Source: Patescibacteria group bacterium (GTDB lineage: Bacteria; Patescibacteriota; UBA1384; GWA2-35-9; JBASTP01). Taken from it: DNA of 58,881 nt. The translations under genes and the position numbers were made by a program. Every line of letters starts with the position of its first letter. Positions within the stretch are counted from its first letter, which is position 1. Below the pieces are notes generated by a model. That model searched no databases. It worked only from the letters and a program-made list of their open reading frames with translations, and had not been told where the DNA came from. Below, piece by piece: positions 1 to 13,516 of the stretch. The stretch is from the NCBI GenBank assembly GCA_049274945.1, contig JBASTP010000001.1, positions 1 to 58,881 of the forward strand. The letters run 5' to 3'.

Positions 1-135
1 ATTGAACGATACGCGAGCTACTTCAAGTATGCCAAAATACTGTTCGGCATTTTTTTGGTAATTATTGGCATTGGCGCGTTCACGCAAACCCTGAGTAGGT
101 TCTCTAACTTGGAACTCTTGCGAGGACTCTTCTGA
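1..135 (+). CDS. 3' end of a membrane-protein gene (5' part lies outside the window)
   Basis: Frame 1 is open from nt 1 to TGA at 133-135. The tail ...KILFGIFLVIIGIGAFTQTL... is a hydrophobic helix. The family cannot be assigned from 44 residues. Confidence 0.4.
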   Translation: MERYASYFKYAKILFGIFLVIIGIGAFTQTLSRFSNLELLRGLF

Positions 136-372
136 TTGTAAAAGATTTTCTTGATCCCGCTTCGCTAACGCTCCCCGGGATCATCGAGGCACTCTATTTA
201 GACCAGCGGAAAATTGAGTGCCTCTTGACAAGCCTGATCGACAGATTGACAATGGCATCAGGTAAGTAACTCCACTCCTGAAAATCAGGAGGGGCAAACA
301 AAAATAAAATCATTAAGTAAAAGAGTAAAGCCCTAAAGCAGAGCACCGCTCAGCTTAGGGCAAAGGAGTCTC

Positions 373-585
373 ATGGCATACTCAGTACAGTCCAAGAAGA
401 CTGGCGAGACCTACTATCTCCACTCGCGCGAGGTAACCCTGCGCGGCGGCAGGCAGCAGCGAATCTACTTCTTCGGGCGCCAAATCAAAGATGGCGCGCT
501 CGATGACCTGCCCGCTGGCATGATGGTTATGGAAAACAGCCGAACCGGGCTGCCCATGCTCAAACGAGCAGACAAAAAATCCTAA
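373..585 (+). CDS. small conserved hypothetical protein
   Basis: 70-aa ORF with AAAGGAG 6 nt upstream of the ATG, followed by an intrinsic terminator. No recognisable catalytic motif. Confidence 0.6.
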   Translation: MAYSVQSKKTGETYYLHSREVTLRGGRQQRIYFFGRQIKDGALDDLPAGMMVMENSRTGLPMLKRADKKS

Positions 586-614
586 GTCCCGAGCAGTCAG
601 GGCTGAAGGATTCC

Positions 615-653
615 AAAAAAGCCGCAATCCGAATTGACGGGAGCGGCTTTTTT
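615..653 (+). terminator. intrinsic terminator
   Basis: AAAAAAGCCGC (615-625) pairs with GCGGCTTTTTT (643-653), giving a stem followed by a T-run. Confidence 0.7.
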
Positions 654-693
654 GGTGTAAACTATCGGGTAGCAACCTAATGGTTGTATTTTT

Positions 694-2046
694 ATGAAGC
701 GTTCAGAACTCTTTTTTTCCTTTCTCCTTATTCCGCTCGATGTGCTCGCCATCCTCGCGGCTTTTTCGCTGTCCTATTGGCTGCGCGCCCACCAGGAGGT
801 AATTTACATTTGGCAGTTTGCCGACTACTTTAAATTTATCTTCTCGCTCGTACCGCTGTGGATTATTATTTTTGCGCTCGAAGGCTTGTACTCAATCAAA
901 AACACCCGCCGCGGGTTTGATGAAATGGCCAGAATTGCCCTGGGCGTGTCCTCCGGTATTATGCTGGTGGTGGCCTACATTTTCCTGTCGCGGACCGAGT
1001 TTTTCTCGCGGCTCATTATCATTTATGGGTTAGTGTTGAGTTTTGTGTTGGTTGGGCTGGCTCGGCTGGCAGTGCGGCTCATCCAGCGCTATTTGCTCCG
1101 TTTCGGTATTGGCGTGCATCGGGTACTACTGATCGGTAAGGAGGACGATGCTAAGAAGGTGATCCAAGCCATTAAATCTGGCATGGAGCCGGGCTTTGAA
1201 ATTGTTAAAATCATTCCCTCAGTTGCCGACATGAACCTCGAGAAAACTTTGGAAGATTCGCCGTTTGATGAAGTGATTGTGGCGGCTAAAAACTTATCGG
1301 AACGTACCCTTGCGGAAATTGTTGCCTTTTGCCACGAGCGCGACTTGGTGTTCCGGCTCATCCCGTCCGCATTCCGGGTGCAAACTTCGCACCTCGATGT
1401 GCTAACCCTGGGCCAAACCCCGGTGCTCGAGTTTCGCCGCACGCCGCTTGAGGGCTGGGGCAAAATTATCAAACGCATCATCGATATTATTGGCGCCCTC
1501 GTTGCCCTCATAGTACTTAGCCCGCTCATGCTCCTGTCAGCGATTGGGATTAAGCTCACCTCAGCGGGCGGGCCGGTGCTCTTCCGCCAGCGGCGGGTAG
1601 GACCCAAAGGACTCTTTACTTTCTACAAGTTTCGCACCATGGTGCCGGGCGCTGAGCTCGAGCACGCCAAACTCATTAAACTCCACGGCAACATGTTTAA
1701 GCTCAAAGAAGACCCGCGGGTGTTTCCTTTTGGCGCCTTTTTACGCAAAACCTCGATCGACGAGCTGGCCCAACTCTTTAATGTATTAAAGGGCGACATG
1801 TCGCTCGTGGGACCGCGGCCGCCCATGCCCGAGGAAGTAAAATACTACAACTCGTTCCACCGCCAGCGGCTGGGCATTAAACCCGGGATCACGGGCCTCT
1901 GGCAAGTCTCCGGGCGCAGCGAGATCGATTTTGATGAATGGGTGCGCATGGATTTGTACTACATCGAACACTGGTCGCTCTGGCTCGATTTGCAGATTTT
2001 ATTGAAAACGTTGTGGGTAGTGCTGGTAGGCAAGGGAGCATACTGA
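694..2046 (+). CDS. polyprenyl-phosphate glycosylphosphotransferase (WbaP/EpsB-type bacterial sugar transferase)
   Basis: N-terminal transmembrane helices. The C-terminal domain carries PVLFRQRRVG..FYKFRTM...LPQ/LFNVLKGDMSLVGPRP and ...GITGLWQVSGRS, which are typical of initiating sugar transferases. Confidence 0.9.
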   Translation: MKRSELFFSFLLIPLDVLAILAAFSLSYWLRAHQEVIYIWQFADYFKFIFSLVPLWIIIFALEGLYSIKNTRRGFDEMARIALGVSSGIMLVVAYIFLSRTEFFSRLIIIYGLVLSFVLVGLARLAVRLIQRYLLRFGIGVHRVLLIGKEDDAKKVIQAIKSGMEPGFEIVKIIPSVADMNLEKTLEDSPFDEVIVAAKNLSERTLAEIVAFCHERDLVFRLIPSAFRVQTSHLDVLTLGQTPVLEFRRTPLEGWGKIIKRIIDIIGALVALIVLSPLMLLSAIGIKLTSAGGPVLFRQRRVGPKGLFTFYKFRTMVPGAELEHAKLIKLHGNMFKLKEDPRVFPFGAFLRKTSIDELAQLFNVLKGDMSLVGPRPPMPEEVKYYNSFHRQRLGIKPGITGLWQVSGRSEIDFDEWVRMDLYYIEHWSLWLDLQILLKTLWVVLVGKGAY

Positions 2047-2162
2047 TTTTGGGCAAAATCACCCACGAGAACACAACATAAATCTGTTATATGCTTATCG
2101 GCGATCTCGACCACGATTTTTCAGCTACAGTCTATACCCATCCCAACCTGATATTATACTCC

Positions 2163-2195
2163 AAAATTGACAAAAAGTCAAGGGTATGAGATATT
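2163..2195 (+). promoter_or_regulatory. promoter with palindromic operator (TTGACAAAAAGTCAA) upstream of the toxin-antitoxin pair
   Basis: AAAATTGACAAAAAGTCAAGGGTATGAGATATT contains -35 TTGACA, a 17-nt spacer and -10 GATATT, with a perfect palindrome over the -35. A near-identical copy lies at 11437-11469. Confidence 0.5.
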
Positions 2196-2204
2196 ACAAG
2201 AAAT

Positions 2205-2420
2205 ATGACCGCGCAACAACTACTAGATAACGTCGAAAAAGCTCAAAAATTCAACGTTGGTAAACAACCAGTGGTTGTAATGCCCTTACATGCATACGAT
2301 GAAATCCGTGAGTTTTTAGGTATGTATTATTCCAAATCCCTTAAAAGGGATATTGCTAAAGCTCGAAAAGAAAAACAGCTGTACTCGTCAGCTCGAGTTA
2401 AGAAAATATTAGGTTTGTAA
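2205..2420 (+). CDS. putative type II antitoxin (partner of the downstream RelE/ParE-like toxin)
   Basis: 71-aa ORF ending 7 nt before the toxin gene, the typical antitoxin-first arrangement. Confidence 0.6.
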   Translation: MTAQQLLDNVEKAQKFNVGKQPVVVMPLHAYDEIREFLGMYYSKSLKRDIAKARKEKQLYSSARVKKILGL

Positions 2421-2427
2421 TGCTGTA

Positions 2428-2679
2428 ATGGATTACTTTCTCAAACCCTCGGCGCTTAAGGATCTCCAAAAATTACCGAAAGAACTCCAAAAAAGAATCA
2501 TCAAAAAACTGGATTTTTATACAAGTAGCCCATTTCACCTAGAATTCGCCGAACGATTACAGGGAAGAGAATTCGGCGAGTATCGATATCGAGTGGGAGA
2601 TTACAGAATATTTTTTGATTCTGGAAAAAACCGGATCATCATTCTTAGAATTAAACACCGACGCGAAGCTTACCGATGA
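2428..2679 (+). CDS. RelE/ParE-family type II toxin
   Basis: 83 aa with ...YRYRVGDYRIFFD....IIILRIKHRREAYR, the characteristic RelE/ParE C-terminal pattern. Its stop overlaps the next start (ATGA). Confidence 0.8.
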   Translation: MDYFLKPSALKDLQKLPKELQKRIIKKLDFYTSSPFHLEFAERLQGREFGEYRYRVGDYRIFFDSGKNRIIILRIKHRREAYR

Positions 2680-3800
2680 AAGTCGCGCTTGTTCACGAGT
2701 TTCTCACCCAATTTGGCGGGGCCGAACAGGTGTTATTGGCGCTCAAAGAACTGTTTCCTGATGCCCCAATCTATACCTTAGTATATAACCCGAAAACCGT
2801 GGGTAAATGGTTCGGGAACTATGACATCCGCACCTCTTGGCTACAAAGCTTGCCAATGGCCAAAACCAAATACCGATGGTATTTACTTTTCATGCCTTGG
2901 GCCATCCAATCGTTCGATTTTTCCGGATACGACCTGGTGATTTCCGACTCATCGGCATTTGCCAAGGGGGTAATCACCCAAAAACCCACCCTCCATATCT
3001 CCTACATCCATACCCCCACCCGCTACCTCTGGACCGACGAGGCATTTTACCGCGAAACCGCTGCGCCAAAACTGCTCCAACCGCTCCTTAAACTGGTTAC
3101 GCCTTGGCTACGCTCCTGGGACTACCAAGCCGTCCAGCGGCCCGACGTGCTGCTGGCCAACTCCTACACGGTGGCTAAACGGGTTCGAAAATACTACCAC
3201 CGCACCGCCACGCCGCTCCACTCATTTGTGAATGCAAAACGATTCACGATCGCATCCGCCAGCCGGCGGAAACCAAAACCCTACTACCTGCTCGCCGGCC
3301 GGATTGTGCCCTACAAGCGCTACGATATTGTAATCGAAGCATTTAAGGAGTTGGGGCTGCCGCTTGTGGTAGCCGGCGACGGCTGGGGAATGCCCCAGCT
3401 CAAAGCAAAAAGTTCAAACGTTCAAAATATCAGATTTGTTGGCAGAGTTTCTGACCAACAACTCGCCAAGCTCTACGCGCAGTGCAAGGCCTATATCTTC
3501 CCGGCGCTCGAAGATTTTGGCATCACGCCGCTCGAAGCCATGGCCTCGGGCCGGCCGGTCATTGCCTATGGCAAAGGCGGCGCCACCGAAACCATCCTGG
3601 AGGGTAAAACTGGGATATTTTTCGACAAACAAACCCCGAAATCGGTCATCCAAGCGATCAAGCGATTCGAACAAATTGAGAGGGTAAAACCATTCAACCC
3701 TAGACAAATCCGTGAGCACGCGCTAACATTTGATAAGTCGGTGTTTAAGCAACGTTTCAAACAAGTAATTAAGGAAATAACCACAACCACAGATATCTGA
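2676..3800 (+). CDS. glycosyltransferase, GT4/GT1 family
   Basis: MKVALVHEFLTQFGGAEQV at the N-terminus and ...FPALEDFGITPLEAMASGRPVIAYGKGGATETI (EX7E-type motif) in the C-terminal domain. Confidence 0.85.
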   Translation: MKVALVHEFLTQFGGAEQVLLALKELFPDAPIYTLVYNPKTVGKWFGNYDIRTSWLQSLPMAKTKYRWYLLFMPWAIQSFDFSGYDLVISDSSAFAKGVITQKPTLHISYIHTPTRYLWTDEAFYRETAAPKLLQPLLKLVTPWLRSWDYQAVQRPDVLLANSYTVAKRVRKYYHRTATPLHSFVNAKRFTIASASRRKPKPYYLLAGRIVPYKRYDIVIEAFKELGLPLVVAGDGWGMPQLKAKSSNVQNIRFVGRVSDQQLAKLYAQCKAYIFPALEDFGITPLEAMASGRPVIAYGKGGATETILEGKTGIFFDKQTPKSVIQAIKRFEQIERVKPFNPRQIREHALTFDKSVFKQRFKQVIKEITTTTDI

Positions 3801-3881
3801 TCCACTGATAATCACAGATAAAACCCAGCAAATCAGTGGTTATCTGTGGCAAAGATCAGTGGTTGGAGTTACTACATTATT

Positions 3882-6403
<2,522 letters not shown>

Positions 6404-6441
6404 TTTTATGATTGGCGCCCGAGCCAAAAATAATCAACATA

Positions 6442-9105
6442 ATGACACCACAAGAGAACAATCCAGTCTCCAAAGTTGAACCTCGCATCCTCGAGCAGGA
6501 GATGGCCGAGAGCTACCTTGACTATGCCATGAGCGTGATCGTCGCTCGGGCGCTGCCTGATGTCCGCGACGGTCTCAAGCCAGTCCATCGCCGCATTCTC
6601 TATTCAATGTCCGAGCTGGGCCTCACCCACGCCGCCAAGTTTCGCAAATCAGCCACGGTGGTTGGAGACGTGCTCGGTAAGTATCACCCCCACGGCGACA
6701 TTGCGGTTTACGATTCACTCGTGCGCATGGCCCAATCGTTTGCCATGCGCTACCGGCTGGTAGACGGCCAAGGCAACTTTGGCAGCGTGGACGGCGACAA
6801 CGCCGCGGCGATGAGGTACACCGAAGCCCGGATGACGGCCCTCGCCGAGGAACTGCTCACCGATATCGATAAAGACACCGTGAACTTTACCCCAAACTAC
6901 GATGCCACCCGAAAAGAGCCGGTGGTATTGCCCGCCAAGTATCCTAATCTACTGCTTAATGGCTCACTGGGCATTGCCGTAGGTATGGCTACCAACATTC
7001 CCACCCACAACCTCACGGAGGTCTGCGATGCCACCATCAAACTGATCGATAATCCCGAAGCGACGGTCGAGGATTTAATGGAACACATCAAGGGCCCGGA
7101 CTTCCCAACCGGCGCTAATATCTATGATCTCTCGGCCATCAAGAGTCTCTATGCCACCGGTAGGGGCTCGATCATTATGCGGGCGGTGGCCCAAATTGAG
7201 GAAAGCAAGACCAAAGGCTACCGCATTATTATTTCCGAGCTGCCCTACCAGGTAAACAAGGCCGAACTGATTATCCGAATTGCCCAACTCGTCAAAGAGA
7301 AAAAACTTGAAGGAATCTCGGACATCCGCGACGAATCGGATCGCAAAGAGGGTGTAAGAGTTGTGATTGAACTCAAGGCCAATGCCTACCCAAAAAAGGT
7401 ATTGAACCGACTGTACGAGCTCACACCCATGCAGACCGCTTTCCACGCCAACATGGTGGCATTGGTGGACGGTATCTTGCCGCGGCTGCTTACCCTTAAA
7501 GACATTATCGCTGAGTTTATTAAACATCGCCAAGTTGTCGTAACGCGGCGCGCCAAGTTTGATCTCGCCCAGGCCAAAGCCCGCGCTCACATTCTTGAGG
7601 GGCTCAAAATTGCCCTAGATCACATTGACGCCGTCATTGACACCATCAGAAAATCGAAAGACCGGCCCGAAGCATGCGTCCAACTTCAGAAAAAATTCAG
7701 GCTAACCGAAATCCAAGCCAATGCCATTCTCGACATGCGCCTGGCCGCCCTTACCAACCTTGAGCGAACGGCGGTTGACAATGAACTCAAAGAAAAATAC
7801 CGCCTGATTGCCGAGCTCGAGACGCTCATTAAGGATCCCAAAAAAGTGCTCGCCAAAATTAACCAAGAATTGATTGAGATCAGAGAAAAATACGGCGATG
7901 ATCGGAAAACCAAAATTATTGCCGGGACGCTGGGTAAATTCGAAGTGGAAGATCTTATTGCCAACGAGCAAATGATTGTTACCGTGACCCGAGGCAACTA
8001 CATTAAGCGGGTGCCGGGCGAGGTGTACCAATCGCAAGGGCGCGGCGGCAAGGGAGTGATCGGCATGGAAACGCGGCAGGAGGATGTGATTGAACACTTG
8101 GCGACCACCTGGAACCATAACTCGATCTACTTCTTTACCAACCTTGGCCGAGTATTCACTACCAAAGTCTTCGAGCTGCCCCAGGCCGGCCGAGCCGCTA
8201 AAGGCCAAGCGCTCGTTAATTTTATCCAGCTTGCGCCGGAGGAAAAGGTAACTACGCTCCTCACGCCATCGGGAAAAAGCGGCGATCTTTCCGGTTACTT
8301 CTTCATGGCCACCCGCAAAGGCGTGGTTAAGAAAACCGAGGTGGCCGCCTATGCCAACATTCGCAAGTCCGGGTTGATCGCGATAAAACTCAATGCCGGC
8401 GATGAGTTAACCTACGTTGGCGTGACGAGCGGTAAAAATAAAATCATGCTGGTTTCGCGCGACGGCCAAGCCATCTACTTTGACGAAACCGACGTGCGGC
8501 CAATGGGACGTTCAGCGGCCGGCGTTCGAGGCATTAGGCTGCGGGAAGCCGATATGCTAATCTCCATGGATGTGGTCAGCCCCGAACACGCTCTCAATTC
8601 CGAGCTCCTGACCGTGCTCGATAACGGATATGGTAAGCGTACGCAAGTTAAGTACTTTAGGGATCAAACGCGCGGCGGCGTAGGGGTTAAGGCTGCCAAG
8701 ATTACCGAAAAAACCGGAAAACTGGTGATCGCCCAAGTGATCACGACCACCGTAGGGGATTTGGTATTGGTTTCCTCACAAGGCCAAATTATTAGGATCC
8801 CGGTTAACTCTGCCAAACAACTTAACCGCGATACCCAAGGGGTGCGGCTCATGAGACTCGGCGGCAATGATCACGTTGCCTCTGCGACGGTGATCCAAAA
8901 AGAGTTAGAGCAGGAGATACCGACTACCATAGCCCCCGCCAAAGTGGAACCCGCGAAACCCCAAGTCGTAAACAAACCAAAACCAGCTGCTAAACCTGCC
9001 GCTAAATTACCTTCAAAGAAAAAGCCCACCAAACTAAAGGGCAAGACTAAATCCAAAGAGGTCAACTGGTGGGGTAAGGGAACTTTCACTACTCGGCCAA
9101 CGTGA
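6442..9105 (+). CDS. gyrA: DNA gyrase subunit A
   Basis: [34 protein letters not shown] (active-site Tyr region) and beta-pinwheel C-terminal-domain repeats. The ORF track starts at TTG 6412; ATG 6442 is more likely. The protein has a Lys/Pro/Ala-rich C-terminal tail. Confidence 0.97.
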   Translation: MTPQENNPVSKVEPRILEQEMAESYLDYAMSVIVARALPDVRDGLKPVHRRILYSMSELGLTHAAKFRKSATVVGDVLGKYHPHGDIAVYDSLVRMAQSFAMRYRLVDGQGNFGSVDGDNAAAMRYTEARMTALAEELLTDIDKDTVNFTPNYDATRKEPVVLPAKYPNLLLNGSLGIAVGMATNIPTHNLTEVCDATIKLIDNPEATVEDLMEHIKGPDFPTGANIYDLSAIKSLYATGRGSIIMRAVAQIEESKTKGYRIIISELPYQVNKAELIIRIAQLVKEKKLEGISDIRDESDRKEGVRVVIELKANAYPKKVLNRLYELTPMQTAFHANMVALVDGILPRLLTLKDIIAEFIKHRQVVVTRRAKFDLAQAKARAHILEGLKIALDHIDAVIDTIRKSKDRPEACVQLQKKFRLTEIQANAILDMRLAALTNLERTAVDNELKEKYRLIAELETLIKDPKKVLAKINQELIEIREKYGDDRKTKIIAGTLGKFEVEDLIANEQMIVTVTRGNYIKRVPGEVYQSQGRGGKGVIGMETRQEDVIEHLATTWNHNSIYFFTNLGRVFTTKVFELPQAGRAAKGQALVNFIQLAPEEKVTTLLTPSGKSGDLSGYFFMATRKGVVKKTEVAAYANIRKSGLIAIKLNAGDELTYVGVTSGKNKIMLVSRDGQAIYFDETDVRPMGRSAAGVRGIRLREADMLISMDVVSPEHALNSELLTVLDNGYGKRTQVKYFRDQTRGGVGVKAAKITEKTGKLVIAQVITTTVGDLVLVSSQGQIIRIPVNSAKQLNRDTQGVRLMRLGGNDHVASATVIQKELEQEIPTTIAPAKVEPAKPQVVNKPKPAAKPAAKLPSKKKPTKLKGKTKSKEVNWWGKGTFTTRPT

Positions 9106-10381
9106 GCTCGTGTTTCGATTGCTGCACAGCCTCGCGAATATCTTTGGCGTATTTTTTTATTATTTCCCTCATGTATTCCTGAATATCACTATGTTCCATG
9201 AACCACGATACCTTCTTTTGGTTCATACTAAGGTCACGGGGCACCAAAGGCGATGCAAATTGCGCAGGCGGTTGAATGGTCGTCTTGGTTGATTGAGCGG
9301 CTGCATAAATTGCTTTATTGAATCGGCTATAAAATGCGGCAACATTTTTATCGAGCGGAGTTGCGGTAGAGTTTTGTTCAGCCCGAAGAAAAGAGAATGC
9401 CCCCAGGGATAAAACCTGAATATTGTGAAACATTTGATAATAGTCGGGATACGGGATAAGCTCTGAAGTTCTTAATTCAAAACGCCGAGGCGGCTTTCCT
9501 TCAATTGTTTTGGCAGTTGGTTTTGCTGATTTATGAATACTAAACGCGCCATTCTCAGTGAACGATCGATCGCTCCATTTTGCTCGCGCAATACGTTGCG
9601 GACTAAGGTAACCAATACTCGTGGCAAACGCTAAATTAACCATGCAACCTTGGTCACGTACTACAATATCGTTTGGAATTTCAATATTGATATGCACCGG
9701 AACTTCTTTTGACTCGCTTTCTTCGGGCAACGCCCCCATGCGCTTGAGCTCATTGACTGCCGCGGCTTGAACCCATGGACTGTAAGAAGATGGTAAATTA
9801 ACCTCCCAAATCGGGTCCGGCTGGTTCCAATAAAATTCAGGACTATTAGGAATGGTTAAACGGTTTAAGGTAGTAATGAGTGAGGCGTTCAGTTTCGAGA
9901 CTGGCGTTTCCAATTCAACCGCAATTGCGGGATATGGGTTATCAGATTTTAAGTACTGTTCTTCATAGTGATCAAACTTTTTTAATGTACTCAATACGGT
10001 ATCTAGGGGTTCTATATCAGCTTCATGTTTATGCCTTAATGCATTAAAAAGTGCCAGTTTGTATAAAGTCAAAGTGGTGGATGGGAGACTGGCACCCGTA
10101 TGCGGATTTTTCATCATATCAAGCACCTGATCAGCTGTTGCTAAATTTTTCTGGTGCTCAGGGTTTGTTGGGTCAAGGGTTCCTTCCATAAACATTCGCG
10201 CGCATTCTTGACGATAGACAGTAGTGCCACTACGGGAATCCTGTCCATGGTGGCTAGCCCAGTATTTTCTAATAGTTGATAAAACCTCATTATAAGATTG
10301 GGGTTGAGGCTTTTGTTTAGTCTCATATTCTGAAGAGATATTACCATCGATCGGCTCACGTTCCATGTTTTGATTATACAC
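9089..10381 (-). CDS. hypothetical protein (430 aa)
   Basis: Long AT-rich ORF convergent with gyrA, overlapping the gyrA 3' end by 17 nt. No motif recognised. Confidence 0.7.
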   Translation of the reverse strand: MYNQNMEREPIDGNISSEYETKQKPQPQSYNEVLSTIRKYWASHHGQDSRSGTTVYRQECARMFMEGTLDPTNPEHQKNLATADQVLDMMKNPHTGASLPSTTLTLYKLALFNALRHKHEADIEPLDTVLSTLKKFDHYEEQYLKSDNPYPAIAVELETPVSKLNASLITTLNRLTIPNSPEFYWNQPDPIWEVNLPSSYSPWVQAAAVNELKRMGALPEESESKEVPVHINIEIPNDIVVRDQGCMVNLAFATSIGYLSPQRIARAKWSDRSFTENGAFSIHKSAKPTAKTIEGKPPRRFELRTSELIPYPDYYQMFHNIQVLSLGAFSFLRAEQNSTATPLDKNVAAFYSRFNKAIYAAAQSTKTTIQPPAQFASPLVPRDLSMNQKKVSWFMEHSDIQEYMREIIKKYAKDIREAVQQSKHELTLAE

Positions 10382-10514
10382 GACTTACGCAACGCATTTG
10401 CTCCGAGACTCAACTTGAGCTTTTACTACTACGATACGAATCGTAGTGGTATTTGTAGATAACCATCCACTCTCCCTCTACAAGCGATCGCGGTATTTGG
10501 GAGAGTAAGTTTTG

Positions 10515-10569
10515 GGCAAAAGAAAAAGGAGGCCGGTGGTAGGTTGAACAAACCCTACTCCGCGCCTCC
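10515..10569 (-). terminator. intrinsic terminator of the GC-rich gene (minus strand)
   Basis: On the minus strand, GGAGGC ... GCCTCC (inner stem GTAGG/CCTAC) is followed by TTTTTCTTTT. Confidence 0.5.
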
Positions 10570-10583
10570 ATTCGAAACCCGCT

Positions 10584-11240
10584 CTACAAAGCGAACTTGA
10601 CGTGCCCACACTCGAGGTGGGCCTCGGTCTCACCGCTTCCAATCCCCTGGAAGTGGGTCGTCTGGCAGGTGCTTGCCTGCCAGCGATCCGGGCGAGACCG
10701 GATCATCGCGTCGTCCCAGACCAGCGATCGCACGTCGCTGGCTGCGTTGACCGATGGTCGAGCGGAGTAATCCGCCGTCGCCTGAAAGGCGTACCGGCGG
10801 ACCCCTCCCTTCCACTGCGCCGTGACGCGCAGTACCCGGCCTCCCGCGTACGGCGCCACCACGAGCTCGGTGCCGCCGTAGGGTCCATTGCCGACCGTGC
10901 AGCCGGCAATCGACCAGATCTGTCGCCGGTCCCAATAGACATGGCCCGGCCACTGCTCGTCGCACGAGGCGGCTTCGACAATGCCATGCACCTTCGATAT
11001 GACCGGTGCATACTGCTCCGCCTCTTCCTCCGTCCCCGCGAACGGCCGCGCGGCCAGGGACAGGATTTCCTCGACCGCTTCGCCGAGCCCGTTAAGGCTC
11101 GGGAACGGCCGGATGAACGCTGATAGCACGACGCGGAACGCTTCCACGCCGTGGCCCAAAAACGAAATCTCGGAGACCCTGTCGGTCTCCTGGTAGCGGT
11201 TCTTCGCCGCTACCGCCGGCTCTGAATAACCTGTTAACAT
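10584..11240 (-). CDS. hypothetical protein encoded in a GC-rich island
   Basis: 218-aa ORF. All six frames are open here because of the high G+C, so I chose the longest ORF, which has its own downstream terminator. No motif recognised. Confidence 0.55.
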   Translation of the reverse strand: MLTGYSEPAVAAKNRYQETDRVSEISFLGHGVEAFRVVLSAFIRPFPSLNGLGEAVEEILSLAARPFAGTEEEAEQYAPVISKVHGIVEAASCDEQWPGHVYWDRRQIWSIAGCTVGNGPYGGTELVVAPYAGGRVLRVTAQWKGGVRRYAFQATADYSARPSVNAASDVRSLVWDDAMIRSRPDRWQASTCQTTHFQGIGSGETEAHLECGHVKFAL

Positions 11241-11436
11241 TTTTCACCTCGTGACTGCACTCTTCGTGCAATCGGGATTGTCTCCTAATGCTCACGCATC
11301 AAGATGACCGATCTGAGCACAACCCCTCCTGTTCCATCCTTAGTAGGTTATATTCAGGTTAGTCACCTCGATACGCCTATCTTGTTCAGCTACAAAAGAA
11401 TATACTTAACTATTCTTCAACTATATACTATACCAC

Positions 11437-11469
11437 AAAATTGACAAAAAGTCAAGGGTGTGAGATATT
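11437..11469 (+). promoter_or_regulatory. second copy of the palindromic TA-type promoter/operator
   Basis: AAAATTGACAAAAAGTCAAGGGTGTGAGATATT differs at 1 of 33 positions from 2163-2195. Weaker similarity extends about 45 nt further upstream (TTCAGCTACA...TATACT). Confidence 0.5.
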
Positions 11470-11478
11470 TTCTTTATT

Positions 11479-11643
11479 ATGAAAGTTTTAGTTAACATTC
11501 CTCACTTTGGCCAGAGGAAAACGCACTCAAAGAAGACCACTAGCTTTGCCGAGCATGCCGCTAGAGGTATGTGGAAGCACCGCAGAATTAAAGATGCTGC
11601 GGCCTATGCCTTGAAACTTCGCAGAGAGGCCTGGGCGCAATAA
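11479..11643 (+). CDS. small antitoxin-like protein (54 aa), orphan; not in the ORF track
   Basis: My translation is MKVLVNIPHFGQRKTHSKKTTSFAEHAARGMWKHRRIKDAAAYALKLRREAWAQ. The GMWKxR...YxxxLRxEAW tail resembles small type II antitoxins. It is driven by the duplicated TA promoter, and no toxin gene follows. Confidence 0.4.
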   Translation: MKVLVNIPHFGQRKTHSKKTTSFAEHAARGMWKHRRIKDAAAYALKLRREAWAQ

Positions 11644-11743
11644 GCACTATGGTTCAAACACTCGAAGTTCAAAGACCTTATTAACGATAGAAATGTAGCC
11701 CACCTGTTCTCTTTTAGCACCTAACCTGGTACAATAGGCGGCA

Positions 11744-13516
11744 ATGGTAGATGCGACAGAACAAAAAAAGCGGATCGCTCTCCCGCAGGTTGTGACGGTT
11801 CGGCAGTTTGCCGAAGCGCTTAATTTACCCGTGGGGTCGGTCATCGCCAAATTGCTTGGGCTTGGCGTAAAGGCCACCATTAACGAATCGATTGATCTCA
11901 CCACCGCCCAAATTGCGGGGGATGAGCTTGGGTTTGAAGTTACCGCTCAGGAGGCCCAAGAAACTGAAAAGCCACCGGCTTCGAAACACCTTAAGGAACG
12001 GCCACCAATTGTCACCGTGATGGGCCACGTTGACCACGGCAAAACCCAGCTCCTTGATAAGATCCGTGAAACCGATGTGGTTTCAAAAGAATCGGGCGGC
12101 ATTACCCAGGGAATTGGCGCCTACCAGGTAACCACCGGAAAACGGCAGATTACCTTCCTCGATACCCCGGGCCACGAAGCGTTCTCCGCGCTGCGCGCCC
12201 ACGGCGCAAACATCACCGATATCGTGGTGCTGATTGTCGCGGCCGATGAAGGCATTAAGCCCCAAACCGTGGAGGCCATTTCCCACGCTCGCGCTTCGGA
12301 AGTGCCAATCATTGTGGCAATCAACAAAATTGACCTGCCAAATGCTGACGTAGAAAAGGTAAAACGGCAGTTGGCGGAACAAAATCTTTTACCCGAAGAT
12401 TACGGTGGTAAAATCCCAACGGTCGAGGTTTCGGCCAAAACCGGCCAGGGGGTTAAGGAACTGCTAGAAATAATTCTTATTACCACCGACCTTTTGGAAC
12501 TAAAAGCGGATCCAACCGCCTCTGCCACCGGTGTCGTTGTTGAATCACATGTTGAGCCTGGAGTGGGCCCTGTCGCGAGTTGCCTGCTCATGCAAGGAAC
12601 TCTTAAAACCGGGCAGATTATTGTGATTGGCTCAACGTGGGGGAAAATCCGAGCGATGGCAGACTGGCGCGGCCGCCGACTCAAAGAAGCTGGCCCTGGG
12701 CAACCGGCACAGGTTTCCGGACTAAAAGCGCTGCCGCACTTCGCGGACTTATTTAAGGTAACGCAATCAGAGCACGAGGCAAAAGAATTGGCGGCGACCC
12801 TGCTCCATGAACGGGTAGTCCACCGCCTCGCCAAGAAGGTTCAGGAGTCAACTGACAAGGAAACCATACCCCTCACGGAACTAAATCTTATTGTGAAAGT
12901 TGATGTGGTGGGGTCGCTCGAAGCAATCAAGCAATCAATTAACCAAATGACGATGCCCGGCATCAGTTTCAATTTCGTTCATCTCGCGGTTGGCCAGGTG
13001 TCAGAATCCGACGTCAACCTTGGCGAAACAACCGGCAGTATTATTCTGGCGTTCCGGACCGACGCGCCCGCCCAGGTGGCCAAACTCGCCCAAGTTAAGA
13101 AAATAGAACTCCGCAGCTACCAGGTAATTTACCAACTCTTGGACGATCTTAAAGCGATCGCCACCGGCAAGCTTAAACCCCAAGTAGTAGAGAAACCGGC
13201 TGGCACGTTTACCGTTATTAAATCGTTCTTCCAAATTCGCAACGAAGCGGTAGTGGGGGGCCGGCTGGATAAAGGCCGGCTTGAGGTAGGCGTTGAGGCC
13301 AGGGTGATGCGCGGGGAGACGCTCTTGGGCAAAATCAAAATCAATTCAATCAAGCTCGGTGCGGCGGATGTTAACGAAGCGACCACCGGCAAGGAATATG
13401 GCCTGCGCGTTACGAAGCTCTCCGGCCAAGCGTTTCGCATCAAACCGGCCGATGTGCTGGACTGCTATAAAATAGAAAAAGTCCTTGCAGCGAATAAAGG
13501 GACGGCCAATGGCTGA
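11744..13516 (+). CDS. infB: translation initiation factor IF-2 (short N-terminus)
   Basis: [25 protein letters not shown] and C-terminal IF-2 domains. Confidence 0.95.
   Translation: MVDATEQKKRIALPQVVTVRQFAEALNLPVGSVIAKLLGLGVKATINESIDLTTAQIAGDELGFEVTAQEAQETEKPPASKHLKERPPIVTVMGHVDHGKTQLLDKIRETDVVSKESGGITQGIGAYQVTTGKRQITFLDTPGHEAFSALRAHGANITDIVVLIVAADEGIKPQTVEAISHARASEVPIIVAINKIDLPNADVEKVKRQLAEQNLLPEDYGGKIPTVEVSAKTGQGVKELLEIILITTDLLELKADPTASATGVVVESHVEPGVGPVASCLLMQGTLKTGQIIVIGSTWGKIRAMADWRGRRLKEAGPGQPAQVSGLKALPHFADLFKVTQSEHEAKELAATLLHERVVHRLAKKVQESTDKETIPLTELNLIVKVDVVGSLEAIKQSINQMTMPGISFNFVHLAVGQVSESDVNLGETTGSIILAFRTDAPAQVAKLAQVKKIELRSYQVIYQLLDDLKAIATGKLKPQVVEKPAGTFTVIKSFFQIRNEAVVGGRLDKGRLEVGVEARVMRGETLLGKIKINSIKLGAADVNEATTGKEYGLRVTKLSGQAFRIKPADVLDCYKIEKVLAANKGTANG

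Noticed and set aside
136-372. A hairpin-rich region upstream of the 70-aa gene (GATCCCG/CGGGATC, GAGGCACTC/GAGTGCCTC, CTCCTGA/TCAGGAG, GCCCTAA/TTAGGGC) as a possible riboswitch or sRNA.
   Set aside because: No recognisable riboswitch consensus. It could simply be terminators and promoter spacing, so there is too little to support a call.
10602-11196. Plus-strand and alternative minus-strand ORFs in the GC-rich island (10602-11123, 10630-10965, 10703-11011, 10981-11196).
   Set aside because: All frames are open because of the high G+C. I kept the longest ORF, which has a downstream terminator, but strand and frame remain uncertain.
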